Source of the DNA: Candidatus Aminicenantes bacterium
Lineage (GTDB): Bacteria; Acidobacteriota; Aminicenantia; UBA2199
Length of the DNA stretch: 64,000 bases
Reading direction: 5' to 3'
Assembly (NCBI GenBank): GCA_029938635.1
Contig: JAOZUQ010000005.1
Location: 1,363-65,362 of the forward strand
The notes under the pieces were generated by a model that saw only the letters and a program-made list of their open reading frames with translations, was not told the DNA's origin and made no database searches. Every line of letters begins with the position of its first letter. The stretch's first letter is position 1. The translations under genes were made by a program, and so were the position numbers. This document shows positions 57,736 through 64,000 of this stretch, piece after piece.

Positions 57736-57744
57736 GGAGAAGAA

Positions 57745-58773
57745 GTGAAGAATAATAATAAAATAAATGTTTGTGTTATGGGGGCCACAGGTTTGATCGG
57801 ACAGGCCTTCGTTAATATATTATCATCTCATCCTGTATTCCAAATTGTTTCTTTGACCGGGAGCAAAACAGGAATAGGAGAGAAATACAGGGATGCAATA
57901 AACTGGAAACTGCCTTTGGCTTTTCCGGACAAAGCAGGAGATATAATTATCAGTAAACCGGATAAAAAATCTCTTGGAAACAGAGGAATTCAAGTAGTAT
58001 TTTCGGCATTGCCATCTGATATTGCCGGAGATATTGAAGATGATCTCAGGAATGAGGGATTTTTTGTTTTTACTAATGCAGGAGCTCACAGATATGATAC
58101 AGATGTACCGATATTAGTACCTGATATTAACCCGGGTTCCATAAAACTGATAGAAGAACAGGGATTCCCGAAAAGCGGTTTTATAATAACAAATCCGAAT
58201 TGCAGTTCAGCCGGCCTTTCAGTTGCACTTGCTCCATTAAAAAGATTCGGGATAGAAGAAGTGACTGTCTCCACTTATCAGGCAATATCCGGAGCTGGAT
58301 ATCCGGGACTATCTGCAATGGACATTTCAGGAAATGTGATCCCTCATATTGAAGGTGAAGAGGAAAAGATAGAGAAAGAGACCAGGAAAATATTGGAGAT
58401 TGATCCTGAAATATTTGCAACATGTGTGAGAGTACCCGTTCTCTATGGTCATTTAGAAACTATATGGGTTGAATTTTCCGGATCTCCATGCCCGGAAGAT
58501 ATTCAAAAAGCATGGTCAAAATCTGTTCCGGAATTCAACTTACCATCACTGACAAGCAGATCTGTGGAATATTTGACCGGGCCGGGATATCCCGGCAATC
58601 ACCTCTCTTTCCGGGGAGATCCTCCCGGAATGCAGGTTTACACTGGCGGATTGAAAAAGAGAGGGCGGCGGATCGGATTCAACCTCCTTGTAAACAATCT
58701 GGTAAGAGGCGGAGCAGGCGGTTCTGTAGCTAATGCTGAACTTTTTCATGAGATCTACCGGGGGAGCAAATGA
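57745..58773 (+). CDS. asd: Aspartate-semialdehyde dehydrogenase
   Basis: 342 aa. GTG start 5 nt after an AAGGAGA SD. NAD(P)-binding VCVMGATGLIGQ, catalytic-region ...NCSSAG..., C-terminal dimerisation domain. Confidence 0.9.
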   Translation: MKNNNKINVCVMGATGLIGQAFVNILSSHPVFQIVSLTGSKTGIGEKYRDAINWKLPLAFPDKAGDIIISKPDKKSLGNRGIQVVFSALPSDIAGDIEDDLRNEGFFVFTNAGAHRYDTDVPILVPDINPGSIKLIEEQGFPKSGFIITNPNCSSAGLSVALAPLKRFGIEEVTVSTYQAISGAGYPGLSAMDISGNVIPHIEGEEEKIEKETRKILEIDPEIFATCVRVPVLYGHLETIWVEFSGSPCPEDIQKAWSKSVPEFNLPSLTSRSVEYLTGPGYPGNHLSFRGDPPGMQVYTGGLKKRGRRIGFNLLVNNLVRGGAGGSVANAELFHEIYRGSK

Positions 58774-60167
58774 AAAAAATAGTAGTTAAATTCGGAGGGT
58801 CTGTTCTAAAAAATCCCGAAGGCCTGCAAAAAATAGAGAAAATTATCAACTCATATAACAATTATCTGATAATTGTGGTCTCTGCTTTGTTTAGTGTTAC
58901 TGACAAATTATCTGAAATTCTGGCAGGAGGAAATTTGTCAGGTGCAAATATTTCAAGGTTGATCAAAAGCCTCAGAAGAATACATCATGATTTCCTGGAT
59001 CACAACATTAATAACCTTTCAACAATCAAATTGATAAAAATAGACCTTGAGATGATGCTGGTAGTATTAAATGATCATTTAACAGGGCTTATGTTGATCG
59101 GAGATATTCCCGAGTCCTCACATGCATTTGTTATTAGTTTCGGTGAAAGACTTTCATCAATGGTAATTACTTCCATATTGAATAGTAAAGGAATCGGGAT
59201 ATGTAAATCTACACCTGAAGAAATTGGGCTTTACACTTCCGGAAGGTCTTTAGATGCAAGAATTGACCTTGAAAGATCCAGGACAGAGGTTAAGAAAAAG
59301 CTTTCAGCTGAAAAGCATTATTTAATTCCCGGTTTTTACGGTATCAACAATAATAATAAAGTATCCGTCTTCGGAAGAGGGGGGAGTGATTATAGTGCTG
59401 CAGTTATTGCAGAATGTATAGATGCCGAATATTGCGATCTCTGGAAAGATGTGAACGGCTTCATGACTGCAGATCCTGTACTGATAAAAAACGCATCCAC
59501 AATACCTCTGCTATCCTATGGAGAAGCTGCTGAATTATCCTACTTTGGAGCCGGTATTACTCACCCGGATACTTTTGCACCGGTCAGGTTAAAAAATATC
59601 CCTCTCAGGATATTCAGTATCGAACAACATATTGAGAGAGAACTCCTCCCTCCGGCATCAACTTTAATAAACTCAAAGAGAGAACGGAATAAAAATGTAA
59701 TAAAAAGTATAACCTATAGTAATAACTTTGCATTGTTGAGGATAAAAGGGAGTGGTGTAGGAATACATCCCGGAATAATCTCAAATATTTCCCGGAAGCT
59801 AAGTGAGAAAGGGATCAATATCAGGTCAATAATAACTTCGCAAACAACTATCAATTTTCTGCTCTCTTCTAAGAATATTGAGGAAGCATCATCAATCGTC
59901 AGGGAACTCAACCTTCCTGATGCCGAGGAGATAAGTATTGATGAAAACATAGCGTTGATAGCTGCAGTCGGGTATGGTTTCAGAGAAACATATGGTGTCG
60001 CTGCAAAGATCCTGACAACTCTGTCTGAGGAAAAGATAAATGTGACTCTCATGACAGCCGGGGCATCTGATGATGCGATATATTTGACAATAAGAAAAAA
60101 TGAATGTGAAAAAGCGGTCAGATCACTTCATCATGAATTCTTTGAGGTACAGCACCACAATAAGTAA
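58770..60167 (+). CDS. lysC: Aspartate kinase (monofunctional, with C-terminal ACT domains)
   Basis: 465 aa. KFGGS N-terminal kinase motif, amino-acid-kinase fold, two ACT-like repeats at the C-terminus. 4-nt overlap with asd. Confidence 0.9.
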   Translation: MKKIVVKFGGSVLKNPEGLQKIEKIINSYNNYLIIVVSALFSVTDKLSEILAGGNLSGANISRLIKSLRRIHHDFLDHNINNLSTIKLIKIDLEMMLVVLNDHLTGLMLIGDIPESSHAFVISFGERLSSMVITSILNSKGIGICKSTPEEIGLYTSGRSLDARIDLERSRTEVKKKLSAEKHYLIPGFYGINNNNKVSVFGRGGSDYSAAVIAECIDAEYCDLWKDVNGFMTADPVLIKNASTIPLLSYGEAAELSYFGAGITHPDTFAPVRLKNIPLRIFSIEQHIERELLPPASTLINSKRERNKNVIKSITYSNNFALLRIKGSGVGIHPGIISNISRKLSEKGINIRSIITSQTTINFLLSSKNIEEASSIVRELNLPDAEEISIDENIALIAAVGYGFRETYGVAAKILTTLSEEKINVTLMTAGASDDAIYLTIRKNECEKAVRSLHHEFFEVQHHNK

Positions 60168-60210
60168 GTTTGGTAAAAAATCTGTGTTGTGATATTTTTA
60201 TAACCCTACC

Positions 60211-61800
60211 ATGAAAAATTCTGAAACTTATGATTATATTATTATCGGCTCGGGTTTTGGCGGAAGTGTTTCAGCTCTCCGGTTAGCAGAGAAAGGGTAT
60301 AAGGTTCTCATAATTGAGAGTGGCAGGAGATACAGGCCTGAGGACTTCCCGAAAACCAATTGGAACCTGAGAAAGTGGCTATGGGCACCCAGACTCTTCT
60401 GCTATGGCATACAAAAGATCCATATGCTGAAAAATGTCCTGATCCTGGCTGGAAGCGGCCTCGGAGGAGGAAGCCTGGTCTATGCCAACACACTTCTTGT
60501 CCCTCCTGACCCGTTTTTTAAAGACCCGGATTGGAGTAGCCTTGACAAGGACTGGAAAAAAGAACTGATGCCGTTTTACGAAAAAGCAAAAACAATGCTC
60601 GGTGTTACAACAAACCGGCATCTGTCAGTCCCGGATGACCTGCTTAAAAAATATGGTAAAGAGATCGGCAGGGAAAAATATTTTCATCCGACAGAAGTGG
60701 GAGTCTTTTTCGGAGAACCCGGAAAAACTGTCCCCGATCCTTTCTTTAATGGAAAGGGCCCGGAAAGGAGAGGGTGCACATTAACAGGCCATTGCATGGT
60801 CGGATGCAGGGATGGCGGGAAGAACAGCCTGGATAAGAACTATCTGTGGCTTGCTGAAAACCTTGGTGTCGATATTCTGACAGAGCATAAGGTTAAAGAT
60901 GTCATGCTAATGGAGAATGGAGAGTATGAAGTAAAGGCAAAAAAGGTTACAGGATTTCTATTTAAAAGATCAAAAAAAATCCGGACAAATGGAATAGTCT
61001 TCTCTGCAGGTGCACTTGGGACAAATGATCTTCTTGCAAAATGCAAAGAGAACGGACACCTTCATGACCTTTCAGAAACACTTGGTGAAAATTCAAGAAC
61101 AAATAGTGAAGTTATGACCGGACTCACTGCCGGAAATAAGGTTGATTTCAACCCTGAGGGGGTTGCCATAACCTCAGGACTTTTTGTAAATGAAAATACT
61201 CATATTGAGGTCGTCAGGTATCCGAAGGGTTCAAGCGCAATGATCTTTCTTACGACACTGTTGATAGACAAAAAGAACGGCAGGTCAAGAACATGGATGC
61301 TTTTAAAAGAGATGTTGAAACATCCCTTGAAAATGGCCCGCATATCGATCCCGTTCGGTTGGGCACGCCGTTCTGTGATACTTCTGGTCATGCAGATAAT
61401 TGACAATAAGATAAAACTTATAAGAAAGAGGAGATGGTGGTCACCATTTAAAAAAGCTCTCACATCAATTAATACGGGGAAAAAAATACCTGCTTATATT
61501 CAGGAAGCAAATGATGCCGCCGGATCAATGGCAAAGAGAGTTGAAGGGATCCCGCAAAGTGCAATTACAGAGATATTGTTTGACATCCCTGTTTCCGCAC
61601 ATATTCTCGGCGGGTGTGTGATGGGGGAAAACATAGAAGAGGGCGTGACCGATAAATATCACAAAGTGTTCGGATATAAGAACATGTATATTCTGGATGG
61701 ATCTGTCATCCCGGCAAACCTCGGTGTAAATCCGAGCCTGACAATTGCAGCCATGTCCGAAAGGGCTATGAGCTACATACCTGAAAAAAAGAGAGTTTGA
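60211..61800 (+). CDS. GMC-family FAD-dependent oxidoreductase
   Basis: 529 aa. N-terminal FAD Rossmann YDYIIIGSGFGGSVSALRLAEKGYKVLIIESG, C-terminal GMC region ...ILGGCVMG... / ...LYILDGSVIPANLGVNPSLTI... Confidence 0.8.
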   Translation: MKNSETYDYIIIGSGFGGSVSALRLAEKGYKVLIIESGRRYRPEDFPKTNWNLRKWLWAPRLFCYGIQKIHMLKNVLILAGSGLGGGSLVYANTLLVPPDPFFKDPDWSSLDKDWKKELMPFYEKAKTMLGVTTNRHLSVPDDLLKKYGKEIGREKYFHPTEVGVFFGEPGKTVPDPFFNGKGPERRGCTLTGHCMVGCRDGGKNSLDKNYLWLAENLGVDILTEHKVKDVMLMENGEYEVKAKKVTGFLFKRSKKIRTNGIVFSAGALGTNDLLAKCKENGHLHDLSETLGENSRTNSEVMTGLTAGNKVDFNPEGVAITSGLFVNENTHIEVVRYPKGSSAMIFLTTLLIDKKNGRSRTWMLLKEMLKHPLKMARISIPFGWARRSVILLVMQIIDNKIKLIRKRRWWSPFKKALTSINTGKKIPAYIQEANDAAGSMAKRVEGIPQSAITEILFDIPVSAHILGGCVMGENIEEGVTDKYHKVFGYKNMYILDGSVIPANLGVNPSLTIAAMSERAMSYIPEKKRV

Positions 61801-61806
61801 CAATAG

Positions 61807-63684
61807 ATGAAAACGGTTTACGGCACAACTGACAGAATACTTGAAATAGATCTGACCTCAGGAAAATTCAATGAAATAAAGATCCCTGAAAAGGATAGAA
61901 AAGAATATCTCGGAGGAAAGGGGCTTGCATTAAAACTACTTTATGACCAGCTTACTCCCGGGATCGACCCCTTGAGTGAAGATAATATATTCATTCTGAC
62001 AACCGGGGTGCTGATAGGTACAGGCGCCCCTAATTCAGCCAGATTCTCAGCTGTTTCAAAATCTCCTCTGACTGGAATAATCACACATTCATCATGCGGT
62101 GGGCCGTTCGGGAATGCACTTAAAACATCAGGCTGGGATGGAATAATTCTTAAGGGTAAATCAGTTTCCCCCATTTTCTTGTCGATCAACTCCCTCGGAG
62201 TAAAATTTGAGAGTGCAGAAAAAATCTGGAATAAAACCACTTCGGAAACCGAAAAATATTTATCTGCTATTGGAAAAGGCTCTTTGTCAATCGGCCCGGC
62301 AGGAGAAAATCTTGTCAGGTTTGCAAATATTTATTCAGGAGGCAGATTTCTTGGCAGAGGTGGACTTGGAGCTGTTCTCGGATCCAAGAATGTGAAAGGG
62401 ATAACGGCTAAGGGGGGAGAAATAGAAATATCCCCGGCTGATCCGGAAAACTTTAAGAAGTATTCTTCAAGAGGATTCAAATTTATAAAAAGAAATTATT
62501 TTACCGGACATAAATATAAAAATTACGGGACCCTGATGCATCTAAACACAAACAATAAAGCCGGTATCATGCCTGTAAATAATTTCACATTTTCATCCAG
62601 TGAAAAAGCAAAGATCTTAACAGGTGAATTCCTGAATGAAACCAGGAATACAAAATTTGAAAGTTGCAGAAATTGCTCAATCCTTTGTGGACATTCGGGT
62701 GAGTTCAATGGAAAGAGGACAAGTGTCCCTGAATATGAAACAACTTCTCTCCTCGGTTCTAATCTCGGAATCTTCGATATTGACAAAATATCGGAATGGA
62801 ATGATAAATGCGGAGAGTTGGGGATTGATACAATATCTGCAGGAGGCACAATTGCTTATGTTATGGAAGCGGCTGAAAAAGGGCTTATTAATTCTCCACT
62901 CAGATTCGGAAACTCTGATCATATTACTAAAACGATTGAGGACATATCATTTTTGAAAGGTTTCGGGTCAGAGATGGCTGAAGGCAGCAGGAAGCTTTCC
63001 GAAAAATATGGCGGTAAAGAATTCTGTATGACAGTTAAAGGACTGGAAATGAGCGCATATCATCCTGTAGGCAGCGTTGGAATGGGACTTAATTATGCTG
63101 TTGCCAATAGAGGAGGGTGCCATTTATCTTCAACAATATTCGGACTTGAAATTGACACTAATTTCCTCAATCCTTTAAAAACATTCAGGAAAGCGACCTA
63201 TGTCGAAATGCTTGAAAATATATTTTCCGGTATTAACTCTCTCCACACATGTCACTTTACAATTTACCCTTATCTACTTGAATCGATAAGGCTGAGATAT
63301 ATTCCGAAACCGTTAGTTAAGTTTTTTATGCTGTTACTTCCATCTGTTGCAAAACTTTTTATTGATGTCACTATGTATTCAGGTTTATTCTCATCTGTAA
63401 CAGGGATTAAAATCTCTGCAGGGGATTTCCAGTCAGCCGGGAAAAGGATTCATGTTCTTGAAAGATATTTGAATACCAGAGAAGGGATCAGTATTGTTGA
63501 TGATACTCTGCCCGAAAAAATTATTTCCGGAGGAATTAGAGGAAAGATTCAGAAGCCTTATCCTCTCCAAAAGATGCTTCACCAATATTATAAAATAAGA
63601 AAGTATGATGAGAATGGGATCCCGCGGCAATCCTCTCTTAAACGTCTTGGTATTGATACAGAGGGGAAACAGATTAGAACCTGA
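61807..63684 (+). CDS. Aldehyde:ferredoxin oxidoreductase (AOR) family tungsto/molybdopterin enzyme
   Basis: 625 aa. N-terminal AOR_N domain (...ILEIDLTSGK...YLGGKGLALKLLYD...), Cys ligand context ...CRNCSILCGH... for the 4Fe-4S cluster. Confidence 0.85.
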   Translation: MKTVYGTTDRILEIDLTSGKFNEIKIPEKDRKEYLGGKGLALKLLYDQLTPGIDPLSEDNIFILTTGVLIGTGAPNSARFSAVSKSPLTGIITHSSCGGPFGNALKTSGWDGIILKGKSVSPIFLSINSLGVKFESAEKIWNKTTSETEKYLSAIGKGSLSIGPAGENLVRFANIYSGGRFLGRGGLGAVLGSKNVKGITAKGGEIEISPADPENFKKYSSRGFKFIKRNYFTGHKYKNYGTLMHLNTNNKAGIMPVNNFTFSSSEKAKILTGEFLNETRNTKFESCRNCSILCGHSGEFNGKRTSVPEYETTSLLGSNLGIFDIDKISEWNDKCGELGIDTISAGGTIAYVMEAAEKGLINSPLRFGNSDHITKTIEDISFLKGFGSEMAEGSRKLSEKYGGKEFCMTVKGLEMSAYHPVGSVGMGLNYAVANRGGCHLSSTIFGLEIDTNFLNPLKTFRKATYVEMLENIFSGINSLHTCHFTIYPYLLESIRLRYIPKPLVKFFMLLLPSVAKLFIDVTMYSGLFSSVTGIKISAGDFQSAGKRIHVLERYLNTREGISIVDDTLPEKIISGGIRGKIQKPYPLQKMLHQYYKIRKYDENGIPRQSSLKRLGIDTEGKQIRT

Positions 63685-63720
63685 TATTCTTTTAATGTAT
63701 AATATCTCCAAAATATCATT

Positions 63721-64000
63721 ATGAAGAAGAAGATCATTATCATACTATCACTGATCGGTGTGGGACTCTTCATAAATCTCATTGTTAAGATCGGACTCGA
63801 AACAATATGGGACACTGTAAAAAATATTTCTCCCGAATATTTTCTGATCCTTCTTCTGATCAGATTTGTTTTCTGGTATATCAGAACACTCAATTGGAAG
63901 ATAATTATGGAGAAATGTCAGATCACAATGCCCTTCTGGAAAATATTTAAGGCCAGGGTTGCAGGTTTCGCTGTCAACTATCTTACTCCATCTGCAAACA
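63721..64000 (+). CDS. Membrane protein, 3' partial (flippase-like/lysylphosphatidylglycerol-synthase TM-region-like)
   Basis: ORF starts MKKKIIIILSLIGVGLFINLIV and runs off the window. Hydrophobic helices. Resembles the UPF0104 family. Confidence 0.45.
   Translation, partial: MKKKIIIILSLIGVGLFINLIVKIGLETIWDTVKNISPEYFLILLLIRFVFWYIRTLNWKIIMEKCQITMPFWKIFKARVAGFAVNYLTPSAN

Noticed and set aside
57200-57744. Considered tmRNA, RNase P, SRP RNA, 6S, SAM and cobalamin riboswitch identities for the GC-rich pepT-asd intergenic region
   Set aside because: Key conserved motifs are absent on both strands: tmRNA tag/CCA-acceptor end, RNase P GGAAAGUCCGGGCUCC P4, SRP GGAAGCAGCC domain IV, SAM-I GAGGGA/GCCC, B12 box. 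Only a weak L-box resemblance remains.
1-64000. Searched for CRISPR arrays, tRNA/rRNA genes, transposases or integrases, especially inside the repeat-bracketed 28657..36210 segment
   Set aside because: No regularly spaced short repeats, no tRNA-like T-arm motifs, and no ORF with integrase or transposase signatures were found. The 52-bp repeat island therefore lacks an identifiable mobility gene in this window.

Overview
This window is a low-GC (roughly mid-30s % by eye) bacterial chromosomal segment with dense, mostly minus-strand coding. The organism looks like a Gram-negative-type anaerobe (TonB-dependent receptor, OMP beta-barrel, class II B12-dependent ribonucleotide reductase, aldehyde:ferredoxin oxidoreductase). 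Phylum is not assignable from sequence alone. Core content: (i) a partial TonB-dependent receptor followed by two tandem copies of a small two-gene module (LytTR-domain protein + Fis-type HTH protein); (ii) ugd and glmS; (iii) a compact division/cell-wall (dcw) cluster mraZ-rsmH-ftsL-ftsI-murE-murF-murD-ftsW-murC-ftsQ-ftsA-ftsZ that lacks mraY, murG, murB and ddl and runs on into hutI and a Memo-like gene; (iv) nrdJ with a recognisable sigma70-like promoter and an NrdR-box-like palindrome; (v) a ~7.6 kb segment bracketed by a perfect 52-bp direct repeat of the nrdJ 3' end, carrying gdhA plus an unusual operon: two paralogous PEP/pyruvate-binding (PPDK_N-like) domain proteins, one fused to a C-terminal minimal nucleotidyltransferase, and a calcineurin-like metallophosphoesterase; (vi) three secreted proteins built from Kre9/KNH-type ~90-aa repeats, two of them sharing a ~650-bp near-identical nucleotide block and paralogous GC-rich terminators; (vii) trx, purA, a DDAH-family enzyme and an M3 peptidase; (viii) a sensor histidine kinase + single-domain response regulator co-transcribed with four paralogous family-5 solute-binding proteins and no ABC permease/ATPase; (ix) pepT, a GC-rich structured leader (candidate lysine riboswitch) in front of asd-lysC, a GMC oxidoreductase and an AOR-family enzyme. 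No rRNA, tRNA, CRISPR, transposase or integrase genes were seen.
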